Below, piece by piece: positions 24,098 to 36,590 of a DNA stretch of 64,000 nucleotides. The stretch comes from Mobula hypostoma (lineage: Eukaryota). Where the stretch lies: the NCBI RefSeq assembly GCF_963921235.1, contig NC_086118.1, positions 25,546,001 through 25,610,000 of the forward strand. The letters are read 5' to 3'. The notes below the pieces were generated by a model that ran no database searches, had not been told where the DNA came from, and saw nothing but the letters and a program-made list of their open reading frames with translations. A program made the translations under genes and the position numbers. The number at the start of each line of letters is the position of its first letter. Within the stretch, counting starts at the first letter, position 1.

Positions 24098-26360
24098 CCT
24101 TAGGAGGCAGTGATCGTAACATGATTGAGTTCACTGTGAAATTTGAAAAAGAGAAGCCGAAATCCGATGTGTCAGTATTTCAGTGGAGTAAAGGAAATTA
24201 CAGTGGCATGGGAGAGGAACTGGCCAAGGTTGACTGGAAAGGGACATTGGCGGGAAGGACGGCAGAGCAGCAGTGGCTGGAGTTTATGCAAGAAGTGAGG
24301 AAGGTGCAAGACAGGTATATTCCAAAAAAGAAGAAATTTTCGGATGGAAAAAGGATGCAACCGTGGTTGACGAGAGAAGTCAAAGCCAAAGTTAAAGCAA
24401 AGGAGAGGGCATACAAGGAAGCAAAAATTAGTGGGAAGACACAGGATTGGGAAGTTTTTAAAAGCTTACAAAAGGAAACTAAGAAGGTCATTAAGAAGGA
24501 AAAGATTAGCTATGAAAGGAAGCTAGCAGATAATATCAAAGAGCATACTAAAAGCTTTTTCAAGTATATAAAGAGTAAAAGACAGGTGAGAGTAGATATA
24601 GGACCGATAGAAAATGATGCTGGAGAAATTGTAATGGGAGATAAGGAGATGGCAGAGGAACTGAACGAGAATTCTGCATCAGTCTTCACTGAGGAAGACA
24701 TCAGCAGTATACTGGACACTCAAGAGTGACAAAGAGAAGTGTGCACAGTCACAATTACGACAGAGAAAGTACTCAGGAAGCTGAATAGTCTAAAGGTAGA
24801 TAAATCTCCCGGACCGATGGAATGCACCCTCGTGTTCTGAAGGAAGTAGCTGTGGAGAATGCGGAGGCATTGGCAATGATCTGTCAAAAGTCGATAGATT
24901 CTGGCATGGTTCCGGAGGACTGGAAGATTGCAAATGTCACTCCGCTATTTAAGAAGGAGGCAAGGAAGCAAAAAAGAAATTATAGACCTGTTAGCTTGAC
25001 ATCGTGGTTGGGAAGTTGTTGGGAGTCGATTATCAAGGACAAGGCTACAGAGCACCTGGAGGAACATGACAAGATAGGCAAAACTCAGCATGGATTCCTT
25101 AAAGGAAAATCCTGCCTGACAAACCTATTACAACTTTTTGAGGAAATTACAAGTAGGTTAGCCAAGGGAGATGCAGTGGATGTTGTCTATTTGGATTTGC
25201 AGAAGGCCTTTGACAAGGTGCCACACGAGGCTAATTAACAAGAACCCATGGAATTACGGGAAAGTTACATACGTGGATAGAGCGTTGGCTGATTGGCAGG
25301 AAACAGTGGGAATTAAAGGGATCCTATTCTGGTTGGCTGCCGGTTACCAGTGGTGTTCCACAGGGGTCCGTGTTGGGGCTGCTTTTTTTTTACATTATAC
25401 ATCAACGATTTGAATTATGGAATAGATAGTTTTGTGGCTAAGTTTGCTGACGATACGAAGATAGGTGGAGGGGCCGGTAGTGCTGAGGAAACAGTCTGCA
25501 GAGAGACTTGAATAGATTGGAAGAATGGCAAAGAAATGGCAAATGAAATACAATGTTGGAAAGTATGGTTATGCACTTTGGCAGAAGAAATAAATGGGCA
25601 GACTATTATTTAAATGGGGAAAGAATTCAAAGTTCTGAGATGCAACTGGACTTGGGAGTCCTCGTACAGGATACCCTTAAGGTTACCCACCAGGTTGAGT
25701 CGGTGGTGAAGAAAGTGAATGCAATGTTGGCATTCATTTCTGGAGGAATAGAGTATAGGAGCAGGGATGTTATGTTGAGGCTCTATAAGGCGCTGGTGAG
25801 ACCTCACGGAGTACTGTGGGCTGTTTTGGTCTCCTTATTTACGAAAGGATGTGCTGACGTTGGAGAGGGTACAGGGAAGATTCACTAGAATGATTCCAGG
25901 AATGAGAGGGTTAACATTGAGGAACGTTTGTCCGCTCTTGGACTGTATTCCTTGGAGTTCAGAAGAATGAGAGGAGACCTCATAGAAACATTTCGAATGT
26001 TGAAAGGCATGGACAGAGTGGATGGGGCAAAGTTGTTTCCCATGATGAGGGAGTCTAGTACGAGAGAGCATGACTTAAGGATTGAAGGGCGCCCATTCAG
26101 AACAGAAATGCGAAGAAATTTTTTTAGCCGGAGGGTGGTGAATCTATGGAATTTGTTGCCATGGGCAGCAGTGGAGGCCAAGTCATTGGGTGTATTTAAG
26201 GCAGAGATTGATAGGTATCTGAGTAGCCAGGGCATCAAAGGTTATGGTGAGAAGGCAGGGGAGTGGGACTAAATGGGAGAATGGATCAGCTCAGGATAAA
26301 ATGGCGGAGCAGACTCAATGGGCCGAATGGCCGACTTCTGCTCCTTTGTCTTATGGTCTT
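24098..26360 (+). mobile_element. Nested 5'-truncated CR1 of a different subfamily
   Basis: Starts at PLGGSDRNMIEF; contains [39 protein letters not shown] and KFADDTK; ends TTTGTCTTATGGTCTT. Confidence 0.93.
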
Positions 26361-27546
26361 ACTTAATGAGTACTTTGCTCCACTATCCTCTACGGTAAAG
26401 GATTTTGGCGATTGCAGGGATGACTTACAGCAGACTGAAAAGCTTGAGCATGTAGATATTAAGAAAGAGGATGCGCTAGAGCTTTTGGAAAGTATCAAGG
26501 TGGATAAGTCACTGGGACTGGACAAGATGTACTCCAGGCTACTGTGGGAGGAGAGGGAGGAGATTGCTGAGCCTTTGGCAATGATCTTTGCATCATTAAT
26601 GGGGACGGGAGAGATTCCGGAGGTGTGGGGGGTTGTGGATGTTGTTCCCTTATTTAAGAAGTGTGTAGAGGTAGCCCAGGAAATTATAGACCAGTGAGTC
26701 TTCCTTCAGTGGTTGGTAAGTTGATGAAGATCCAGAGAAGCAGGATTTATGAACATTGAGAGACATAATACTATTAGGAATAGTCAGCATGGCTTTGTCA
26801 AAGGCAAGTTGTGCCTTACGAGCTTGACTGAATTCTTTGAGTGACCAAGAACATTGATGAAGGTAGAGCAGTAAATGCAGTGTATTCAGATTTCAGCAAG
26901 GGCTGTCAGAGGTTACAGTGGGACATTGATAGGATGCAAAACTGGGCTGAGAAGTGGCAGATGGAGTTCAACCCAGGTAAGTGTGAAGTGGTTCATTTCG
27001 GTAGGTCAAATATGATGGAAGAATATAGTATTAATTAATGTACGACTCTTGACTGTGTGGCGGATCAGAGGGATCTTGGGGTCCGAGACCATAGGACACT
27101 CAAAGCTGCTGCGCAGGTTGACTCTGTGGTTAAGAAGGTATACGGTGCATTGGCCTTCATCGATCGTGGAATTGAGTTTAGGAGCTAAGAGATAATGCTG
27201 CAGCTATATAGGACCCTGGTCAGACACCACTTGGAGTACTGTGCTCAGTTCTGGTCACCTCATTACAGAAAGGATGTGGAAACCATAGATAGGGTGCAGG
27301 GGAGATTTACAAGGATGTTGCCTGGATTGGGGAGCATGCCTTATGAGAATAGGTTGAGTGAAATCAGCCTTTTTTCCTTGGAGCGACAGAGGATGAGAAG
27401 TGACTTGATAGAGGTGTACAAGATGATGAGACGCATTGATCACATGGATAGTCAGAGGCTTTTCCCAGGGCTGAAATGGTAACATGAGAGGGCACAGTTT
27501 TAAGGTGCTTGGAAGTAGATAGAGGAGATGTCAGGGATAAGTTGTT

Positions 27547-27762
27547 ACAACACACATCAAAGTTGCTGGTGAACGCAGCAGGCCAGGCAGCATCTGTAGG
27601 AAGAGGTGCAGTCGACGTTTCAGGCAGAGACCCTTCGTCGAAGGGTCTCGGCCTGAAACGTCGACTGCACCTCTTCCTACAGATGCTGCCTGGCCTGCTG
27701 CGTTCACCAGCAACTTTGATGTGTGGTGCTTGAATTTCCAGCATCTGCAGAATTCCTGTTTG
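27547..27762. mobile_element. Near-perfect palindromic Penelope-terminus insertion (90-bp arms, centre 27638) with 14-bp target-site duplication
   Basis: GACCCTTCG-T-CGAAGGGTC at the centre. AGGGATAAGTTGTT at 27533-27546 and 27763-27776. Confidence 0.95.
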
Positions 27763-29054
27763 AGGGATAAGTTGTTTTTTTTTTTAAAATGCAGAGATCG
27801 GTGAGTGTGTGGAATGGCTGTCGGCAACAGTGGTGGAGGCAGAGACGATAGGGTCTTTTGAGAGACTCCTGGATAGGTACATGGAGCTTTGAAAAATAAA
27901 GGACTTTTGGTAATTCTAGGTAATTTCTAAGGTAAGGACATGTACGGCACAGCTTTGTGGGCCGAAGGGCCTCTGTCATGCTGTAGGTTTTCTGTTTAAG
28001 GCCCAAAGCAGAATAATTCTGGATTACACCTCTCCACCCACCCCCCAAAATTAGCCAATTGCAAGTATACTTAGAGAAAAGAGAAATTTACTTTGATGGT
28101 TAAGAATAAAAATGTATTATGCAGTAAACACTAAAGAATACAAGCAATTTGTTTAAGGGATTTTAAACAAGAAAAAGCCTGAGAACCATACAAGGGCTTT
28201 GGTCCTCTGATATATTAGATGTTCTTAGACCTCCAGCTTGCTGTGCTTTTAGCAAGATTATTAATATTTTCTTTGATATAATATCCTCTGTAATTGATAG
28301 TCATGATTTGACCACTTTTTCCTACTTTTTTCCATGGCTGAGTCTATAATCCTCTGCAGCCTCTTTCAGTTCTGTGCCTTGAAGTCTCCGCACCACGCGG
28401 TGATGCAATGAATCAGAATGCTGTGCACAGGACATCAGCAGAAATTTGATAGCGTCTAGTAAAACACACCAAACCTCCTGAAAGTCCGATTGAAGTGAGC
28501 CACTGCTGTGCCTTCATTGAACACATTCAGCTAAGACACTGCTTACCAATGAAAGGCTATAACAATTTTTGAAAAGAAAATTTTATATTCTAGGTAAACT
28601 ATCAAATTCACTTCAAGTTTTATAGGGTAATCTAATTGGTGGTTACAAAAGAAACTCAATTTCTTTTTAAGGATAACAATGAGCTTGCTATACTAATTAC
28701 TAATGCAATGATATCTCTAGATTTATAGACAGCTCACTTATAAATTGAGAGCAATTTTCCTGTACTGCCACATGTCCTGAATCAACAGACAAGGATACAA
28801 TGTTCCAGCCTCAACAAATTCTTTGTTCGCACTGGCATTTAAGCATTATATCCCAAATTGCACAAAGAGCAAAGCAATGAGCGATAGAATATTTTTTGCT
28901 TTTTACAGAAGGCTTCAGACTTTGGATGCCCGAACTAATTGTGAACTGCGCAGTTTATGAATTTGGAACAGTTCACCATTTATAATGCTTTCCATATGTC
29001 TGACTTACTGTGTTAAAAAAAAAATTGACAAATTTCACATCCTCAAGGAAACTA

Positions 29055-30635
29055 AAGAGCCTTGTAAAAGTATTCAGCTCCCAACCCTTTGTTCACACAA
29101 ATGAGTATTACAACCAGGGATTCAGATCAATTTAACTGATAATTTATATTTATGAATCACATACTCTTTCCCCCCCACTCCCCACGGTAAAGCCTAAAAA
29201 AAGGGAAACTTGTAAAGCATGAACAACTAAAACTTAAAGAACTGAAATGTCAGCAGTTCAAAAGTATTCATCACCTTTTGCTCAGTACATAGTTGAGCCA
29301 CCTCTCACAGCTATTACAGCCAGTAATCTTTTTGAATAAGTCCTTATTAGCTTTGCACAAATGTGATAGAGCAAGATTTGCCCATTCCTTACAAAATTGC
29401 TCAAGCTGTAGTAGGTTAGTTGGGGAGGAGTAGTGAATAGCAATCTTCAGGTCTTGCCAGAAATGGTTCAGGTCAAGACGGACTGGGACACTCAAGGATA
29501 CATTTTCTTAATTTGAAGCCACGCCATGGTTGCTCTGGCATTGTGCTTTGGGTCATTGTCCTGTTGGAAGACAACTTCCTCCCTGGTTTAAACTTTCTGG
29601 ATGAGCTTAGCAGGTTTTTAAACCAGGACCTCTTCATATTTAGCAGCATTTATCTTCCCATCAATCCCAATTAGATTTCTGGTTGCTGCTTCTAAAAAGC
29701 ATCCCATAGCACGAGGCTACCTCCACCATACTTTACAGTAGGGATGGCATACCTGACTGATGTGTAATACTAGATTACTCCACGTTGAGGCCAAAAAGTT
29801 CCACTTTTGTCTTATCTGACCACAAGAGCTCTTCCACATCTTCACAGTATCTTCTAAGTGAATGCTTTGTAAAGTCTTGACGTGCAAGGATGTGTTTTTT
29901 TTTGTTAGCTAAGGCATTTTCCTTGCCATTCCTCCATAAATATAGATTCTCTTCCATAGATTGTGAAGTCATGAACTTCATCTCCATTTGTAGCCAATGA
30001 TTTCTGCAGCTCGCTCAGAGCGACTGTGGACATTACAGTAACCTCTTAGAAACAGCATTTTTCTCTGGTGACTAAATTTAGAGGGGTGGCCCAACCTTGG
30101 CTGTGTGGCTATGGTTTCATATTTTTCCCCCTCTCACTGGACTGCACTAAACTCTGAGGTATGTTCAGTACCTTTGAGATAGCCCTGTCCCCAGATTTGT
30201 GCTCCTCTAACATTTCCCTGACTTGTCTAGAATGCTCTTTTGTCTTCATTTTGGTTTGGTCTGTTGAAAATCTACCCTACTGTTGGACCTTACAGAATGA
30301 GTGGTATTTATTCTTAGGAATTCATTGTAAACAAGTGGCCCACCAACTTCCTGCATTAACAAATTGGGTTAGTTGGTAAGGTAATTCAATATTGCATCTG
30401 ATGAAAGTTAGCATAGTAATTACAAAGGGGATGAATACTTTTTCAGCCTCAACTTTGGATTTTAATTTTTTTTAGTAAATTGTTGACAGGCTTTGGAATT
30501 TTTCCTTTTGATTCGACATGATGCACAATGTTTTGCAAATTAGCTCAAAAATTCTACTTCAGTATTTTAAATTTAGAAAATGAGTAAGATGTGAAAATAG
30601 TTGTGGGGGCTGAATATTTTTTTTTTGAGGCACTG
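29055..30635 (-). mobile_element. Full-length but decayed Tc1-like DNA transposon (IR/DR type)
   Basis: TA flanks at 29053-54 and 30636-37. Termini AAGAGCCTTGTAAAAGTATTCAGC and GCTGAATATTTT..GAGGCACTG; inner repeats near 29260 and 30430. Transposase remnants LWSDKTKVELFG and DLNHFWQDLKIAIH..PTNLLQLEQFCKEW. Confidence 0.9.
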
Positions 30636-30638
30636 TAT

Positions 30639-31355
30639 GGTTACAACTTCGTAACGTACCAACAGCAAGGGATGATAAATTGAGTCGGGTTTAAATATTA
30701 AAACCACTTTATTTACATCTACTCAAAAACAGAAAATTAAATAAACTACTCTTAAACAGAAGTTAAGTGTTATGCATCTATAGCTCACTTACAGTCAAAC
30801 TTAGAACCCGTTCTTAACAGATCTTGAGCAAGCAGTCTTAAAGTGGCAGTTCAGAGAGTGCCAGTAATTCACGAAATAGGTGAGAGACTTATGGATTCAC
30901 AGGGCAGCGATGAGGCGATCACGACGAATTCCAAAGATTCCATGGCTAGCGAACGAAGAAACAGTTACCGAAGATCCCAGCCAAGGAATACTGTTCCAAA
31001 GTTCACAAAGAGCAATTTTACAAACTGACTGTCATGAAATCCACACCCATGGATCATGCGAAGGACAGACATGTCTCCACAATGCACAGTGTGCTGCTGA
31101 TTAACCCAATCCTTTGGGTTTGGGTAAGCATTAGACTTTACCCTTCTTGATCATGGGCTATTCCTGGATAGCTCGAAGCCTGCGATCTTCACCCTCTTTC
31201 CTTTGACTCCCCTCTCAGCAAAATGTCCACATTTCTTTTATACTGTCGGCATACATCATAAGGTAATGCTCACAGAAACGAAACTGGGGACATGTGACAC
31301 CCACAGTAAACAAAACTATGGACTCCCATGAAAACAAAACTGTGGGCATGTAACA
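30639..31355 (-). mobile_element. Probable solo LTR (717 bp) with GTAT target-site duplication
   Basis: Ends GGTTACA...TGTAACA (inverted, one mismatch); GTAT at 30635-38 and 31356-59. Minus-strand TATAAA near 31240 and AATAAA near 30710. CpG-richer than its flanks. Confidence 0.65.
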
Positions 31356-32399
31356 GTATACTATATTCAACAGAACTTTCCATTTCCACACCAAATGAAT
31401 TTCTTTGAATTTCATATTTGAGACAAACACACAGCTTGCAGTAATTCACCAGACAGTAATTGAGCAAATAAGGTTTTGTTTGAATGCTTTCAGTATATTT
31501 GTCAGTCTGTCCTGCACATTTAGTGTTCCTCAAACAGGGGGAAAAAAAAAATCAGCTTTTATTCACTTTATTTGTCACAAGTACATCAAAACAGTGAAAT
31601 GTATTGTTTTACATCCGGAGTCTGAGTGTGTGCTGAGGGCAGCCCACAAGTGTTGAAGTTCCAGCGCCAATATAGCACACCCAAAACTTGCTAACCCAAG
31701 CCTGCAGGTCTTTGGAATGCGGGGGGAAGCTGGAGCACACAGTGGAAACCCATATGGTCATGATGAGAACATATTACACACAGCGGCTGAAATTGAAACC
31801 CGATCATGGGTTGCTGTAACTGTAAAGTATTGTGCTCACTGCTAGCTTGTTTTGGCAATTAGAGATGGAATAAATGGAGTTTAAATGTTGATACAAAATT
31901 TGTTAAAGAAGAGTTTTCAAGGCGACCTACACACTAGAAGGCACTTCACTCCCTCAAGCAACAGGTGCACACCAAATAAGCTCAATATTTCCTTCAATCT
32001 TCCACAAATGCTGCCTCTGCCTTCAGTTTTCCCACACAAGTCTCAAAATTTACTCATAACTTTACCACTGCAAGTCCATGCACTTCTCAGGAAAGGAACA
32101 GAATAAAGCTTTGTGAGAAAATGAGTTAGCTTTACATTTCAGAAGATCACATCCTGATAATGCACTGTTTTGAATTGTAACCAGAACTCAGATTAAAAAG
32201 AAACCACATTTCCCTGTAATTCTTGAAATATAGTACTGTCAATTTTGGATTAAGTACATCTGGTCAGTGCTTAAATATTACTTAACTTGCAAAAGCAGAG
32301 ACTTCCTACAGGACCAGAACAAGGGCTTATCAGCCCATCATTACTACATCCCTTAAAAAGGCATTCCAGAGAGTCTGAATGAGTACGCACAGTTGACAC

Positions 32400-34090
32400 A
32401 GACTTCACTGAAACCTGTACTTGCTTACGAGAACAGACTGTACATACCAGAGTCAAAAGCCGTGAAAACCATAAGGTTCATAGTCTGAAGGCTAGATCTG
32501 TTGCATTCAAGTCTGGTGACCCAGAACTACACAAGAAAACCCGGTACGAATTACAGAGGGCTATCTCAAGAGCAAAAGGAACAATTCTGAATGAAGCTGG
32601 AGGCAGAATCGGATGCACATCAACTCTGGCAGGGTTTGCAGGCCTGCTTCCTACCAAGCGAAACCTAACATCATAAATGCCGGTGATGCTTCACTTCCAG
32701 AGGAGCTCAATGTCTTTTATGCTCACTTTGAAAGGGAGGATAAAACACTAAGTATGAGGATCCCTACAGCACCAGGACACCCTGTGATTTCTGTCTCAGG
32801 GGCTGACATCAGACTACCTTTCAAGAGGGTGAATCCCTGCAAGGTAACAGGCCCTGAAAGATTCTGAAAACCTGTACCAACCAACTGGCGGGTGTGTTCA
32901 AAGGCATTTTCAACATCTCGCTGCTACAGTTGGAAGTACCCACCTGCTTTAAAAGGGCAACAATCATAACAGTACCCAAGAGGAGGATGAGCTGCCTTAA
33001 TGACTACCATCCAATATCACTCACATCTACAGTGAAGTCCTTTGAGAGGTTGGTTATGGCTAGAATTAACTGTCTCAGCAAGGACCTGGATCCACCGCAA
33101 TCTGCCTATCGCCACAATAGGTCTACGGCGAATGCGATCTCATTAGCCCTTCAGGCAGCCTTGGGTTACCTGGGCAAATCTAATACCTATGTGAGGAAGC
33201 CATTTATTGACTACAGCTCAAGTGTATTAACACAATAATTTTCACAGTTCTGATCGAAAAGATCCAAAACCTGTGCTTTTAGTTCCTTCTGAAATGGATC
33301 CTTGACTTCCTAACCAGAAGGCCACAATCTGCATGGATCAAAAATAACAACTTTACCTCACTGACATTTGACACTGGAATGCACGCTTAGGCCACTGCTC
33401 TACTCTTTACACCCATGACTGTGACTAGGCACAGCTCAAATAGCTTCTATAAATTTGTTGACAATGCAACCATTGTTGGTAGAATTTCAGACGCTGACGA
33501 GGGGGCATATGCGAGCAAGGTACATCAGCTAGTTGAGTGATATTACAGCAACAACCTTGTGCTCAAACATCAGTAAGACTGAAGCACTGATTGAGAACTT
33601 CAGAAAGTGTAAAATGAGGAAATACACACCTGTCCTCTTAGGGATCAACAGTGGAAAGAGTAAGCAACTTCAAGTTCCTGGGTATCAATATCTCTGAGGA
33701 TCTATCCAAAGGCATGACAGCAGATACATTTCATTAGGAGTTTGAGGAGATTTGGCTCATCACCAAAGACACTCGCAAATTTCTACAGATGTACCATGGA
33801 GATCAATCTAACTGGCTGCATCATGGTCTGGTATTGGGGGGGGGGGGAGAGAGGGGGTTCTAGTGCAAAGATTCAAAATAAGCTGCAAAATTGTCAGCCC
33901 CATCATGGACACCAGCTTCCATAGTATCCAGGACATCTTCAAGAAGCAATACCTCAAAAAGGCAGCGTCCATCATTAAGGAAACCCACCCACCCAGGACT
34001 TGCCTTCTTCTCATTGCTACCATCAGCAAGGTACAGGAATCTGAAGGCACACACAATTCAGGAATAGCTTCCTGTCTACTATCAGATTTG
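32400..34090 (+). mobile_element. Rex1/Babar-clade LINE, 5'-truncated and decayed
   Basis: DASLPEELNVFYAHFE; FKGIFNISLLQLEVPTCFKRATIITVPK..CLNDYHPISLTS; AYRHNRSTANAISLAL; LANFYRCTME. Confidence 0.88.
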
Positions 34091-35221
34091 AACCCACAGA
34101 CACCACCTCAGTACTTTTGTTTTATACCTATTTGTGGTGTGTGTATCTATTTATGGAAAAGTATTAACTGGGCCCTCATTTTACTAATATTTGTAACAAT
34201 GAAATATTGTAAACATCTCACTTTGAGTTTGAGAATAAGAAATATATGAATATAGCACCTTCCTCCCCCCCCCCCCCCGGCAAACTCCACTGCATATTAT
34301 TACATATTATTTTCGGGAGCAAGTTACTAACACGATTGGAATTTGTCATATCTGAGTCCCAAATTATGCCAAAGAAAAAATGGAATACGTAGTCTAAACA
34401 TTGTAAGTAATTGAAACTGGTTGGAAGGTGTGTAGGCAAAGATTAACAAAAATGTGCTATGGGTTCATTGTCCATTCAGAAAACTGATGAAGGGGAAGAC
34501 TACATTCAAATTTTGTTAGGTGACAACAGTAACTTTCAACAGCCACCTCAAACATCATTGAATCTAGTTTCATAAAGCAGCCAAATATAAGAGACAGTAA
34601 CAACCCTCTACACCAAGAGGGAAAAATATGCAGAACTGGACATAAATTTAACGGTGCACATGTTGTGCAACAGAATTCTTTATAATATTGCTTTAGGAGC
34701 CAGATTACCTCATTATAAACCACAGGCATTTTTTCAGACCGAAGTTTTCCCTCTAATCATTTTGCTCTGAGCATAAAAGAATTTTAACACACTGGAGCAA
34801 ATTTAAAATACCAGCTACATTTTGGAGAAAGATGGTTGTTCATCACATGGCATGGAAACTCAATGGCTTATTGAAGTAATATACCAGTAAATGATTCCTG
34901 TCCAACTTGAGTCACATTCATTAAATTCGGGTCTCTGCAATCTGGGATCATTGATTGTATATACAATTCTGCCACCCAAGGAATTTCAAACTTAAAAGCC
35001 TCCATTTTTAGCTATGAATTATCACTGAATCAAGACAGACCTTGTGCATCTCCCTATATTTATGCTTTCAATAAACAAATTATTCCCCTTCAAGTACAAT
35101 TCAGCATTTCATCAAGTACCCACACAAAATATGTACTTTGTTCAAGTTCAGTTTATAGTTATTTAACGGTACACATGTATACCACCGAACAAAACATTCC
35201 TTTGCACCAAGATGCACAACT

Positions 35222-36590
35222 CAGCTGCAGGAAAAAGCGTCTGAACCCTTTGCAGTTACTTGGTTTTCTGCATTAATTACTCCAAAACGGGGTCTGGTCT
35301 TCATCTAAGTCACAATAATTGACAAACACAATCTGCCTAAACCAATAACACAAACAACTGTACTTTTCGTTAATACTGAGTACACCATTTAAACAATTGG
35401 AGTGCAAGTTCAAAAAAGTATGTGGACCTCTGGGGTAATGCCTTCTACAAAAACTACTTGGAGTCAGGTGTTCCAATCAATGAGATGAGATTGGAGGTGT
35501 GGGTTGTAGAGGTGCCCTGCCCTATATATTAAAAAAAGATACAAAGTCAGGTCACTGACAGAGCCTGCTCTTCTCAAGAAAGGCACTTATGTGCACCATG
35601 CCTCGATCAAAACAACTTTCAGACCACTTTAGAACTGCAGAGGTGCATGAAGCTGGAAAAGGCTACGAAAGCATTCCTAAAGACCCAAGTGTCCTCAGTA
35701 TGAGAAATCGCCTACAAATGGAGGAAACAGTACTGTTGCTACTCTCCCTAGGAGTGGGCATGCTGCCAAGATCACACAACAAGCAGAACATGCAATGGTG
35801 AAGAGGAGGTGATAAAGAACCCAAGGGCAACAGTAAAAGGCCTGCAGAAATCTCTAGAACTTGCTCGTGTGTCCAGTACAAGAAAAGCACCGAACAAGAA
35901 TGGTGTTCATGGAAGGACACCATGGAGGAAACCATTGCTCTCCAAAAAAAACGTTGCTGCATGTCTCAAGTTTGCAAATGACCATCCGGATATTCTACAA
36001 AGCTTCTGGAATGATGTCAGTATTTCTGTTTGTGCACATTTTTAAAATCTATTCAATATATGTAATTGATTTACTTATTTTTATTTTATTTTCTCTCTAC
36101 TAGATTATGTATTGCAATCAACTGCTGCTGCTAAGTTAACAAACTTTCATGTCACATGCCGGTGATAATAAACCCGATTCTGATTCAGATGTGACAAAAG
36201 TTGAATTTTTTTTTTCCAGAAATGCACACTGCTATGTTTGGAGGAGAAAGGGCACTGCACACCAACACCAAAACCCCATCCAAGCTGCGTAATATGGTGG
36301 AAGGAGCATCAGTTTGGGGCTGCTTTGCTGCGTCAAGGCCTGGACAGCTTGCAATCTTTGAGGGAACAATAAATTCTAAATTGTGTCAAGACATTTTACA
36401 GGAGATTCTCAGGGTAGCAGTCCGTCACCTGAAGCTTAATAGAAGGTGGATGATGCAACAAGACAATGGTCTGAAACACGAGTAAATCAACAGAATGGTT
36501 TAAAAATAAGAAAATTTGTGTTTTATAGCCAATTCAGAGACCAGTCCTTAACCCAATTGAGATGCTGTGGGATTAACTGAAGAGGGCTGT
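35222..36590 (+). mobile_element. Second Tc1-like transposon, right end lost; contains a retroposon-tail insertion at about 36018-36186
   Basis: MPRSKQLS..HEAGKGYESI; KNPRATVKGLQ..GRTPWRKPLLSKKN; VWGCFAASRPGQL; MQQDNGLKH. Left terminus CAGCTGCAGGAAAAAGCGTCTGAACCC, inner repeat near 35411. Confidence 0.88.

Larger units (their letters stand above)
22798..27997 (+). mobile_element. Host CR1 LINE (end of ORF1, APE endonuclease, RT remnant, 3' UTR), interrupted at 24098-26360 and 27547-27762 and internally deleted near 26900
   Basis: TETWM..GFRCFRKDKEGGKRGGGVALLIRD; PTRGEAVLDLVLGNEPGQ. Host sequence GAGGTAC|ACTTAATGAGTACTTTGC rejoins across the nested copy. Confidence 0.92.
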
